Shown here: one piece after another, positions 1 to 8,931 of the stretch | Layout of the letters: the number at the start of each line of letters is the position of its first letter | Position numbering within the stretch: the first letter of the stretch is position 1 | DNA from: an uncultured Acidimicrobiia bacterium | GTDB lineage: Bacteria; Actinomycetota; Acidimicrobiia; IMCC26256; CAWATG01 | Direction of reading: 5' to 3' | DNA length: 64,000 nucleotides | Assembly (NCBI GenBank): GCA_963785035.1 | Contig: CAWATG010000005.1 | Coordinates: forward strand, 287-64,286 | Notes under the pieces: model-generated | Told to the model about the DNA's origin: nothing | The model's input: only the letters and a program-made list of their open reading frames with translations | Database searches by the model: none | Position numbers and translations under genes: made by a program

Positions 1-81
1 CGTGGGTATGGAACAGCGCGTCGCCGTTGTGGTCCGTGACCTCGATGTCAACCGTTCACCTTTGACGGGCTGGGCGAACCG

Positions 82-974
82 CTATCGCATCCATGCTCGT
101 GTGGCCGGATCCCACTCCCCCGCCATTGCCTCTTCACCAAGTATCGGGTCAGCGAAATCGGCAATGGCCGCGATGGTCTCGGCAAAGTCGGCGGGCACCT
201 CGTCACCGAGACCGCTGCGGTTCACGAACTGCTCCCAGGCGGACTGTCTCGTAGCGGCCAGCGTGACGAGCACCGTTCGCAGGGGTCGCAGGTCTGAGCG
301 GCGGTGGGCTCCGGTCGCGTGCACGGCCGCAGCAAGCTCGGCCGCGCCTAACCGCGTATCGCTTCGTGAGCACGAAGACGTCGGCGAAATCGCGCTCCCT
401 GGTCGTGGCGTCGCCGCTATCCACCATCGTGACGATCTTCTCGGCAAGCACCGTCTCCAGCGGGTAGCCGACCACGGTGAACGGCTCAGCCAGAAGAGCC
501 GGGTAGGTGACCTCGACCGGTGCGGGCGTCACCGGATCACCGACATTGACATCGACGCGAAGCGGATGCCTGGAACGTGCCACACCGGCAGGGACCACGA
601 TGCGTACCCCCGTGTAGAGATCCGCTTCGCGGATCACCTGGGCTCGCAACTTGGAAGGATCGAATACAACCCCGTCATCGACCTCGACAGCCACGATCTC
701 GCGTACCAGGCCGGCAACGGCTTCCACGTTGTTCGTCACCCGCTGCGCCAGGAGATCGACATCAGCGGTGGGGCGCCGCTCATCGAAGACGGCAAGGAGC
801 ATCCCGCCCTTGAGCACCAGACGGTCGCGATGTGTCGAGACCGAAAGGCGATAGAGGAACCGTTCGAGGATGTAGAGCACGAGTAGCTCGTCGGTGGGGC
901 GACCATCGCGGCGCCTTTGCCTGAAGATCCAAATAGGCCCGCCCGCCAGTGCTGTCCCTGCTCGGGTGCGTCAC
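82..974 (-). pseudogene. abiEii: AbiEii/AbiGii-family nucleotidyltransferase toxin (type IV TA), two frame breaks as assembled
   Basis: GTG at 974 overlaps the abiEi stop (GTGA). The protein reads across three frames: VTHPSRDSTGGRAYLDLQAKA (frame of ORF 780..1013) -> RRDGRPTDELLVLYILERFLYRLS...KGGMLL...ADVDLL...TRERDFADVFVLTKRYAV (ORF 203..880) -> LGAAELAAAVHATGAHRRSDL...FADPILGEE (ORF 82..447). Breaks are near ~915 and ~350. Confidence 0.75.
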
Positions 975-1570
975 GCGCTCAACACCCGCATCGCACTCGA
1001 AAGTGGTGTCCAAACCCGCAACGCCCGAGCGAAGTCGGCGACTCGGCCGGGCTTGGGTCGATCTCCCAGATACCGACGAAGCGCTTCGTTGGCCATGTCC
1101 TCGCCGATCAGATGCCGCATCCGAAACACGTCGACAACCGTGCGCTCCCGATCACTGATCCAAAACCGCTCACCGTGCTCCTGGCGAACCTCGACGCGCC
1201 CCAGACTGAAGGTCGCAGCACGAAACACATGCGCCTTCGTCGGCGGATAATCGATCGTTGGCCGATGCGAGCCCTCGGGGACCGCCACATGCACCTCGAT
1301 CGGGATCTCGTCACTCAGATCCCAGTAGGCAAGCGCCGAGTTCAAACAGATCATCCCGTGTGGGACGCGGGCACAGACAGCGACGAAATCGACGTTGCCG
1401 GTCCCCGCCGCCTCGGCAAGTTGGAAGAGACCCCTCGACAGCTCGACAATCACGCCGTCGTCGCGCAGGCGATACAGATCTCGCCACGACACGCCCACAG
1501 CGATGGCATCCCTCGAGCGGAACACCACACCAAGGCGTCGGAGCCGATCAAGAACAACAGCACCACGCAC
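971..1570 (-). CDS. abiEi: AbiEi-family antitoxin / transcriptional regulator (type IV TA)
   Basis: Intact 199-aa ORF with a GTG start. It has an N-terminal wHTH-like segment (RDAIAVGVSWRDLYRLRDDGVIVELSRGLF) and the C-terminal domain typical of AbiEi/COG5340 proteins. It overlaps the toxin start by 4 nt. Confidence 0.8.
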   Translation of the reverse strand: MRGAVVLDRLRRLGVVFRSRDAIAVGVSWRDLYRLRDDGVIVELSRGLFQLAEAAGTGNVDFVAVCARVPHGMICLNSALAYWDLSDEIPIEVHVAVPEGSHRPTIDYPPTKAHVFRAATFSLGRVEVRQEHGERFWISDRERTVVDVFRMRHLIGEDMANEALRRYLGDRPKPGRVADFARALRVWTPLSSAMRVLSA

Positions 1571-1617
1571 GTATGAAATCCTACATAGCTAAGGCTCATC
1601 TCAGGTGGATTTCATAC
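1571..1617. promoter_or_regulatory. Candidate abiE operator: perfect 11-bp inverted repeat with a 25-bp spacer
   Basis: GTATGAAATCC (1571-1581) and GGATTTCATAC (1607-1617) are exact reverse complements. They start immediately upstream of the abiEi start codon (1570) in a locally AT-richer patch. Confidence 0.5.
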
Positions 1618-1660
1618 ACGAGCGGACCACCCGACATCGGGGCGGCGCAGCAGCGACCCA

Positions 1661-2791
1661 TCAGCGCGTCCCGAACGATGCATGAACAACAGCCGAGTGA
1701 CGATCCTGCTGCGTGCGGCGCGCCTCGGCGAGCCGCTCACCGAAGCCGATGGCGATCGCCTCGTCCAACTCCGGGAACAGATGGCCATAGCGGTCGAGCG
1801 TCACGCTGATCGACGAGTGACCCATGCGGCTCTGAATCGCCTTCGGATGCGCTCCCTCGGCGATTGCCAACGCCACGCTCGTATGCCTGAGATCATGAAA
1901 GCGACATTTGAAGCCCGCAGTTCGCAGCGCCGGTTGGAAGTAGTGCTGCCAATAGCTCGACGAGATGAGCGGGTTGCCGACCTTGTTCGGAAACACCAGC
2001 GAGTCCGGACCGGGACCAACAACGCTCCCCACGTGCTCGGCGAGGATCTCTGCTGTCTCGGGCGAGATCGTGATCGAACGCACGCCCGCCGCCGTCTTGG
2101 TCTCCTTGCGCAGCCACTCGCCCGACTCGAGCCGGATGAGCTGCTCGGTCACCCGGACCTTTCGGCGATGGAGATCGACCTTCGAACGGCGAAGCCCAAC
2201 CAGCTCGCTCCATCGCATGCCCGAGTCGACGGCGAGGTAGATGAGCGCGCGGTACCGCTCATGGGTCGCCTCGGCCAGATCGACCGCCTCCTCCCACGAA
2301 AGGAACATCATCTCGCGCTTGGGCACCCGCGGTGGCTGAACACGGCCGCACGGATTGGTCGGGATCTTCTCCTTCTCCACCGCCACCTGGAGCATCCGAC
2401 GCAGGGTGCGGTAATGACGATGCACCGACGACACCGCCAAGCCCGAAGCGATCTCGTCGTTGAGCCAGTTCTCGATCTCATCGGCGGGCAGTCGACCAAG
2501 GCGATAGGCGCCGAACCTCGGCAGGATGTACCGCGACAGATCACGCCGGTAGGTCTCCTGCGTCGACGGGGACAACCGCCGCGCGAGCAGCAGGAACTCC
2601 TCGGCCCACACGCCGAGCGCGACGTCGGCGCCGGCCGGATCGATCCACCGGCCTCGATCGATGTCGACCTGCATCTCACGCAGGTAGCGCTCGGCATCGG
2701 CCTTTCGAGCGAAGGTCTCACACCGCTGGTGCCCGAGCGGGTCCCGGTACCGTGCGCGGTAACGGCCGTTGCGCTTCTCGATGAACCCCAC
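1661..2791 (-). CDS. int: Phage-type tyrosine integrase/recombinase
   Basis: Start placed at GTG 2791, which has AAGGAGG 6 nt upstream. Catalytic signature residues are present (DSGMRWSEL, HDLRH, GHSSISVTLDRYGH). The 507-aa track ORF (to 3184) runs through the tRNA and is an over-extension. Confidence 0.9.
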   Translation of the reverse strand: MGFIEKRNGRYRARYRDPLGHQRCETFARKADAERYLREMQVDIDRGRWIDPAGADVALGVWAEEFLLLARRLSPSTQETYRRDLSRYILPRFGAYRLGRLPADEIENWLNDEIASGLAVSSVHRHYRTLRRMLQVAVEKEKIPTNPCGRVQPPRVPKREMMFLSWEEAVDLAEATHERYRALIYLAVDSGMRWSELVGLRRSKVDLHRRKVRVTEQLIRLESGEWLRKETKTAAGVRSITISPETAEILAEHVGSVVGPGPDSLVFPNKVGNPLISSSYWQHYFQPALRTAGFKCRFHDLRHTSVALAIAEGAHPKAIQSRMGHSSISVTLDRYGHLFPELDEAIAIGFGERLAEARRTQQDRHSAVVHASFGTR

Positions 2792-2940
2792 CTCTGCCTC
2801 CTTGTCCGTCCCAGGGAGCGTGCGGGGAGCACGCGGGGAGCGAAACCAGGGGTTTCCAGGGGGTTCCGGCGGTAACTGATGGACCCTGCCGGTAACACCG
2901 AAAATGGGGTCTGACCTGCATGTATAGCAGATCAAACCCT

Positions 2941-3015
2941 TGGAGGCGGCGACCGGAATCGAACCGGTGTACAGGGCTTTGCAGGCCCTTGCCTCAACCA
3001 CTCGGCCACGCCGCC
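2941..3015 (-). tRNA. tRNA-Cys (anticodon GCA), CCA encoded
   Basis: Minus-strand 75-nt cloverleaf read by hand: GGCGGCG-TG-GCCGAGTGGTTGAGGC-A-AGGGC-CTGCAAA-GCCCT-GTAC-ACCGG-TTCGATT-CCGGT-CGCCGCC-T-CCA. It has a 7-bp acceptor stem, 5-bp anticodon and T stems, and discriminator U. Confidence 0.9.
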
Positions 3016-3072
3016 AGGCGCACTCGATGTTTCCACCGAGCCCAGCAGCGTACCCGTATCCCGCCCAGAAGC

Positions 3073-5316
3073 TCAGGCGTGGTGTCTCATGGCCACAACG
3101 TCGCGCCCTGCTTGGCCAAAGCCGTGCTCCTCGCGGAGATACCGCGTGGCAGCAACAGCAGTCAACGCCCGCGCCCAGAGCCAACCCTGTGCGCTATCGC
3201 AGCCAAGCGATTCCAGCGCCGCCGCCTGCTCCGCTCGCTCGACACCCTCAGCGGTCACCCGTAGTCCGAGCGCATGGCCAAGCATGATCACGGCCTCGAC
3301 AATCGCATGCTCAGAAACTGCGGTGTCCATCGATGAGACGAAGCAATGATCGACCTTGAGTACGTCGATCGGGAACTGGCGCAGATACGCGAGCGACGAG
3401 TAGCCCGTTCCGAAATCGTCGATCGCCACCGTCGCTCCGAGTGCCCGCAAACTGGCCAACGTTTCGAGCGTCCGCTCATCATCGATCAGCGCAGCCCGCT
3501 CGGTGATCTCGAATTGGATACACCGTGGCGATATCCCGGTCTCGCGGAAGATCGCCGTGACCTCATCGACCATCTTCGCCTGACGCACGAACCGCGGCGA
3601 CAGGTTGACACCAACCACGATCGCCTCGCGCATACCGAAGATCTCCTGCCAGCTCCGGATCTGGCGACATGCCTCATGCAATACGAACTTGTCCAGTTCG
3701 ACGATCAGACCCGTCTCCTCAGCGAGAGGCACGAAGTCATTCGGCATCACCAGGCCTCGGTGTGGATGGTTCCAGCGTACGAGCGCCTCGAAAGCCACAA
3801 GGGCACCCGTTGCGAGCGACACCTCGGGCTGGTAGTACACCTCGAGTTCCCAGTTCTCAATGGCGCGACGCAGCTCCGTCTCGAGATCGAGCCGGTTCGA
3901 CACCTGTCGAGCGTGCTCGATATCGAAAAGCGCCCAACGAGAACGGCCCTTGTCCTTCGCCGAATACATCGCAAGGTCGGCCTCGCGCAGGATCTCTCCC
4001 GTGTCGAGGTCCCCATCGGTCAGCGCGATGCCGATGCTGGTGGTGACGGTCAAGGACCGGTTTCCAAGATCCATCGGATCGCGCATGGCGTCGAGGATGC
4101 GCTCGGCAACGAGGACCGCATCGTCGGCCCCATCGATATCCTCCAGCAACACCGTGAACTCGTCTCCACCAAGCCGAGCAACGATGTCACCAGGGCGGAC
4201 GGCCTGACGCACACGTTCGGCCACCTCGGTGAGCAACCGGTCCCCGGCGTTGTGACCGAGGCTGTCGTTCACCAACTTGAAGCGGTCCAAATCGAGGAAC
4301 AAGACCGCGACCGGACGGCGGGTCTCATACGAGCGCGCAAGCGCATCACCAAGTGAGTCCGTGAACGCTTGACGATTCGGAAGGAAGGTGAGCGGATCAT
4401 GGTACGCCTGCAGGGAAAGCTGCTCCTCATATTGCCGACGTTCCGAGATGTCGTGAAGATTGGCCACGATTGCACCGACACTTGGGTCATCAAGCAAGTT
4501 TGTCAACGCAATTTCAAACCAATGCCACTCGTCGTTCACATCGCGGATGCGTATGTCGATCCATTGCGTTTCCCCAGGACAATCAATAATCACGAAGAAG
4601 AATTCGACGAGACGTTCATGCTCATCGCTGTGAATCAACTCAATTCCAAAACGCGTCTTGTGGGTCGGGTCATAACCCAAGACACGCTCAAACGCCGGAC
4701 TCACATATTCGATGATCCCATCAGGCTGAAACACCATGATGATGTCGGAAGTATTGGCAATGAGATTCCAGAATCGCTGCTGGGTTTGCACGAGCTCGTC
4801 GGCTGAATGCTCGCGATCCTCGGTGACATTGCAGATCACCCGTACAACAACGAGCACGCCGAGGCCAGACAGTAGCGCCAGCCCGTGCACCTGAGGCGAT
4901 TCCACGAAGCTGTCGACAACTCCGAGAGCGATTGCTGTTTGCCCCAACGCCATGCAGATCCCGGTCGACCACAGCAGCGGAGTAACGACCCGAGCACCGG
5001 CAGCCTCTACGGAATTGGCCAAGACAACCCCATAGCCGATTGCCAACATCGGACCCCATCCGGTGACGTACATCAAAGGGGTAACCGCGACGGTCTGAGC
5101 AGCAACCGTGATGACGAGGTTGCGGCGCGAATATTCGGGCGGACAGAGCCAAGAAGCACTGGCCGTCAACAGTGAGGCGAAAAGCGTGAGTCCCAGATAC
5201 AGCCACCACGGGCGATCAGCGACCAGCTCGAAATGACGTAAAACGAGCATCGCTGCCAGAGTGACGGGCGTCTCAAGGCGAAGGAGCGGGCGAAATCGCA
5301 CCGTCAATGGCGGCAT
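3073..5316 (-). CDS. Membrane-anchored PAS-GGDEF-EAL c-di-GMP turnover protein
   Basis: Start at ATG 5316. It has an N-terminal multi-TM region and a PAS domain (FWNLIANTSDIIMVFQPDGIIEYVSPAFERVLGY). The GGDEF domain has intact RLGGDEF and an RxxD I-site (RPGD five residues upstream). The EAL domain has EALVRW and DDFGTGYSSL. Confidence 0.9.
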   Translation of the reverse strand: MPPLTVRFRPLLRLETPVTLAAMLVLRHFELVADRPWWLYLGLTLFASLLTASASWLCPPEYSRRNLVITVAAQTVAVTPLMYVTGWGPMLAIGYGVVLANSVEAAGARVVTPLLWSTGICMALGQTAIALGVVDSFVESPQVHGLALLSGLGVLVVVRVICNVTEDREHSADELVQTQQRFWNLIANTSDIIMVFQPDGIIEYVSPAFERVLGYDPTHKTRFGIELIHSDEHERLVEFFFVIIDCPGETQWIDIRIRDVNDEWHWFEIALTNLLDDPSVGAIVANLHDISERRQYEEQLSLQAYHDPLTFLPNRQAFTDSLGDALARSYETRRPVAVLFLDLDRFKLVNDSLGHNAGDRLLTEVAERVRQAVRPGDIVARLGGDEFTVLLEDIDGADDAVLVAERILDAMRDPMDLGNRSLTVTTSIGIALTDGDLDTGEILREADLAMYSAKDKGRSRWALFDIEHARQVSNRLDLETELRRAIENWELEVYYQPEVSLATGALVAFEALVRWNHPHRGLVMPNDFVPLAEETGLIVELDKFVLHEACRQIRSWQEIFGMREAIVVGVNLSPRFVRQAKMVDEVTAIFRETGISPRCIQFEITERAALIDDERTLETLASLRALGATVAIDDFGTGYSSLAYLRQFPIDVLKVDHCFVSSMDTAVSEHAIVEAVIMLGHALGLRVTAEGVERAEQAAALESLGCDSAQGWLWARALTAVAATRYLREEHGFGQAGRDVVAMRHHA

Positions 5317-5430
5317 GTTTCCGTATCGGCCCGCACCAACCACTTCTTGAAACCCATAAAGGCCCTGGACGTGATATCTGACACAAACGCCTCGATAAGC
5401 ACCTCGAACGGCCGTAGCTATAGTGCTCCC

Positions 5431-6854
5431 ATGAACACATCCGTACGGATTCTCGCCCTTGGCGCCGCCGCGCCCTCCCTTCGTCTCGAAACCCGCCTGA
5501 TCGCCGAAGCCTGGAGCCGGGGCGGAGGTCGTGGTCAGGTCGCAGTCTGCGCCTCCGACGAGGACGTCCTGACCCTGGCCGCCGAGGCAGGCCAGCACGC
5601 TCTCACCGCCGCCGGCCTCGACCCCAGCGCCGTCTCGGGATTGTGGTGGGGAACCGCCCGGCCACCCGTTCGCCGAAGGTCCCTCCCACGCGATACTCGC
5701 CGCGACGCTCGGTTTGGGCCCACAAACGGGTGGCGCTTTGTGTTCAGGCTCAACACACGCCGGAATGGACGCCCTCTTGGGCGCGGCTGACGCCGTCGCC
5801 GCAGGGACCGCCTCGATGGCACTCGTCATCGTCTCCGATGCCCTACTACCCAGTATCGGAACCGGATTCGAGAGCCGGGCCGGCGCAGGTGCGGCCGCCG
5901 TCGTACTGGCAGCAACTGGTGGCGTCGCCTCCCTCGGTCCCCGTTTCACGACGACCGCACCGCTGATCGATCGGTACCGAGGCAGCGACGAACTCGTCAC
6001 TCGCGAGGTCTACGACGGCCGGCTGTTCCGAGAGGAGATCTTCCTGCCGATCGTCGGTGGGGTTGTCGACCGGGTTGTCGCAGACAGCGTCGACCGAGAC
6101 GGCATCGATGCATGGTCACTCCCCGATCCCGACGGGCGACTTGCCGCGACGATCGCCAAACGCCTGGGCGATACGAACCTCTCCTCAGCAGCCGTATTCG
6201 GCGCGATCGGTGACACAGGTGCGGCTGCAGCGCTGCTCGGAGCAATCAACGCTCTCTCGACGGTCGATAGCACGCGGGACAGTTGCCACGGTCGGTTTCG
6301 GCGGCGGCCGATGCACCGCAGTGATCATCAACACGGAAGGCTCGATTCCCGGCGCAGCGTCGCTGACCCCGCTCCTGAGCGCAGGCCGGCAGGTTTCGTA
6401 CACGGGCGCGCTTCGAGCCCGTGGCCAACTCGTCGCCGGTGGTGAGACGATCCCGATGGGCGTCCCACCCGAGAGCGCGATGTTCGTGCGCGGCGCCCAC
6501 GAGATGCTCGAGCTTCTCGGCGCGCGCTGCGTGGAGTGCGGCACCATCAACACGCCACCGTCGATCCATCCGACGTGCATCTCCTGTGGCCACTCGAAGT
6601 TCGAGGAAGTCGGTCTCGCCCGACGTGGCGTCATCCATACCTACGTGGTGAACCAGACGATGCCGGCGCCCTTCGTCGCACCGCTTCCAATCGCGGTGAT
6701 CGACCTCGACGACGGCGCACGCATGATGCTGCAGGTCACCGACGACCCGAGCGGTGTCGCCATCGGCGCGACCGTCGAGCTTGTCCTTCGACGTTACGCC
6801 AGTGAGCGTGGGGTCCCCGTCTACGGGTTCAAGGCCCGGGTAATAGGGAGCTGA
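5431..6854 (+). pseudogene. HMG-CoA-synthase/KAS III-like condensing enzyme fused to a DUF35 Zn-ribbon/OB-fold domain; two frame breaks as assembled
   Basis: Start at ATG 5431. One protein reads through three frames: MNTSVRILALGAAAP...SGLWWGTARPP -> FAEGPSHAILAATLGLGPQTGGALCSGSTHAGMDALL...LLGAINALSTVD -> GTVATVGFGGGRCTAVIINTEG...CVECGTINTPPSIHPTCISCGHSKF...VELVLRRY. Breaks are near ~5665 and ~6277. Confidence 0.7.
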
Positions 6855-6863
6855 GGAGTAGTC

Positions 6864-8039
6864 ATGGCATGGAATCGTGTAGCGGTTGTCGGCGCCGCGT
6901 TGATCAAGTTCGGTGAGCTCTTCGAGCAGAGCTACGAGCAGATGGCGGCCGGCGCCTTTCAAGGCGCTGTTGCCAGCGTCGACAAGGGCTTCGACCCATC
7001 CCAGGTCGAGGCGGCGTTCGTCGCCACGCAACGCGGGACCTTGTGGGGCCAAGAAGGTATCGGCGGTAATACCGTTCCGTCGGCTATCGGGATTTCGGGC
7101 ATCCCATGCACCCGTATCGAGAACGCGTGTCCGTCAGGCTCCGATGCATTCCGCGTGGGTGCGATGGCGGTGGCCAGCGGGGTCCACGACGTGGTGCTGG
7201 TCATCGGTGTCGAGAAGATGCGCGACAAGTCGTCCGAAGAAGGTCTCCTGTCGCGCGCTGCTGCTGGACACCCCATCTACACGCGTGGTGAAACCGCACC
7301 CGTCTTGTTTGCTCCGTTCGCGACGCGTCACATGCACGAGTTCGGCACGACACGCGAGATGCTCGCTTCGGTCGCGGTGAAGAACCACTACAACGGCGCC
7401 CGTGATCCGTACGCACACTTCCAGAACGAGATCACGGTCGACCAGGTGATCGCATCGGCGCCGGTGTGTTCGCCTTTGCACCTGCTCGACTGTTGCCCGC
7501 AAACCGACGGCGCCGCTGCGGTGCTGCTCGTCAGCGCCGAGCGTGCCCGCGAGTTCACCGACAAGCCTGTGTACGTCGCGGGCTTCGGCGTCGCGACCGA
7601 TCACCCGTACCTTCACGAGAAGACCACCTTCACGGGTCTTCCTGCGACCACACTTGCGGCCGAACGCGCGTACGCGATGGCAGGGATTGGACCCAACGAC
7701 ATCGATTGCGCCGAGGTCCACGACTGCTTCACGATCACCGAAATCCTCGACATCGAAGATCTCGGTTTCGTCGAGAAGGGCAAAGGTGGGATCGCGAGCC
7801 TCGAGGGCGAAACCTCGTTGACGGGCCGCATCCCCATCAACACTTCAGGCGGCCTTCTCGCCAAGGGTCACCCGATCGGCGCGACGGGGGTCGCGCAAAT
7901 CACCGAATGCTGGTGGCAGCTGCGAGGCGAGGCCGGCGATCGTCAGGTCGCAATCAGAAACGGCAACGCCCTGCAGCACAATGTCGGTGGTCGCGGCTCA
8001 GGCGTTTCGGTCGTGAACCTTCTGACCATCAACCAATAG
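6864..8039 (+). CDS. SCP-x / archaeal-type thiolase (acetyl-CoA C-acyltransferase family)
   Basis: Intact 391-aa ORF with GAGGAG upstream. It has a nucleophile Cys in IENACPSGSDAF, plus EVHDCFT and GGLLAKGHPIGATG near the C-terminus. Confidence 0.85.
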   Translation: MAWNRVAVVGAALIKFGELFEQSYEQMAAGAFQGAVASVDKGFDPSQVEAAFVATQRGTLWGQEGIGGNTVPSAIGISGIPCTRIENACPSGSDAFRVGAMAVASGVHDVVLVIGVEKMRDKSSEEGLLSRAAAGHPIYTRGETAPVLFAPFATRHMHEFGTTREMLASVAVKNHYNGARDPYAHFQNEITVDQVIASAPVCSPLHLLDCCPQTDGAAAVLLVSAERAREFTDKPVYVAGFGVATDHPYLHEKTTFTGLPATTLAAERAYAMAGIGPNDIDCAEVHDCFTITEILDIEDLGFVEKGKGGIASLEGETSLTGRIPINTSGGLLAKGHPIGATGVAQITECWWQLRGEAGDRQVAIRNGNALQHNVGGRGSGVSVVNLLTINQ

Positions 8040-8049
8040 GGTCCCGACC

Positions 8050-8851
8050 ATGACTGTCCATGTGCTCACCGGCGACGATCACGTCTGTCGCATCACGCTC
8101 GACCGTCCCGAAGCCAAGCATGCGCTGTCCATCGAGATGCGCGACACGCTCGTGAGCGCGATACGCGCAGCACGAGCCGACGGCAATGTCCGCGCCGTGC
8201 TCATCAATGCGACGGGCGACGCGTTCTGCGCCGGTATGGATCTGAGTGCCTCGACGGTCTCGAAGGCCGGCGGCGGATCATTCGACAACCGCTCCACGCA
8301 GGAAGCCCTGCGTGTGGGTGTCCAGTCGTTCATTCGTGAGCTCTGGGAGCTCGACAAGCCGACCGTCGCGGCAGTGAATGGCGCGGCGGTCGGCCCGGGT
8401 GCGCACTTCGCACTCGCGTGCGATTTCGTCCTCGTCAACGACAGGACGCGTTTCATCTGGTCGTTCGCCAAATGGGGACTCGTCGTCGACGCTGGTGGCG
8501 CCTACCTGCTCCCCCGTCTCGTTGGCCTCCCGCGAGCAAAGGCGATGGTCATGCTCGGCGAGAGCTGCAAGGGCCGTGAAGCCGTTGAGGTGGGGCTCGC
8601 CTACCGTCACGTCGAAGATCCGGAACACCTAGGTTGCGGACGCAGACGCGCTTGCCGTTCGGCTCGCAGCAGGTCCGACTCGCTCGCTCGGCCTTTCCAA
8701 GCGACTCCTCAACGCCAGCTTCGAGACCGACCTTGCGCACTCTCTCGACCTTGAAGGCGCGTTCCAGTCGCTCGCCACCTCATCATCGGACCTGGTGGAA
8801 GGCATGGCTGCATTCAAGGAGCGGCGCGACCCCAATTTCTCCGGCCGATAG
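8050..8851 (+). pseudogene. Enoyl-CoA hydratase/isomerase (crotonase fold); one frame break as assembled
   Basis: Crotonase motifs are present: INATGDAFCAGMDL...AAVNGAAVGPGAHFALACDF. After RHVEDPEHLG, the conserved C-terminus (DADALAVRLAAGPTRSLGLSKRLLNASFE...VEGMAAFKERRDPNFSGR) continues in the next frame to the TAG at 8849-8851. The break is near ~8635. Confidence 0.8.
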
Positions 8852-8931
8852 GCACGGCCTTCGGCCACTTCGCAACGCCCTCGGATACGCTGCCCGATTC
8901 GTCAGTTCCGGTTTCCGAGAAGGTGGATTCG

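Larger units (their letters stand above)
1..2944. mobile_element. Integrase-proximal end of an integrated island or prophage remnant at the 3' end of tRNA-Cys; the far boundary lies outside the window
   Basis: A tyrosine integrase gene lies 150 bp from the 3' end of tRNA-Cys on the same strand. It is followed by abiEi/abiEii cargo running to the window edge. No second att copy is visible in the window. Confidence 0.5.

Noticed and set aside
2-886. Long ORFs antisense to, or out of frame with, confidently called genes. Examples: 2..886(+), 1682..2875(+), 12099..13397(-), 17264..18322(+), 20210..21532(+), 28498..29802(+), 29799..31064(+), 49966..51333(+), 8902..9678(-).
   Set aside because: These are typical shadow ORFs of GC-rich DNA. 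Their translations are Arg/Pro/Ala/Gly-rich with no domain signatures, and each lies fully inside a gene with clear family motifs.
1661-3184. Over-extended track ORFs: the 507-aa ORF reading through tRNA-Cys, and similar cases at 33126..34535, 25642..27207, 35593..36903, 16120..17871 and 40383..41486.
   Set aside because: The upstream parts cross a tRNA or the preceding gene and lack homology-like sequence. Internal starts with better context reproduce normal family lengths.
5317-6000. N-terminal 228-aa extension of the 975-aa ORF 3073..6000(-).
   Set aside because: The extension is low-complexity (A/P/G/S-rich) and overlaps the plus-strand HMGCS-like gene. The membrane/PAS/GGDEF/EAL protein starts plausibly at ATG 5316.
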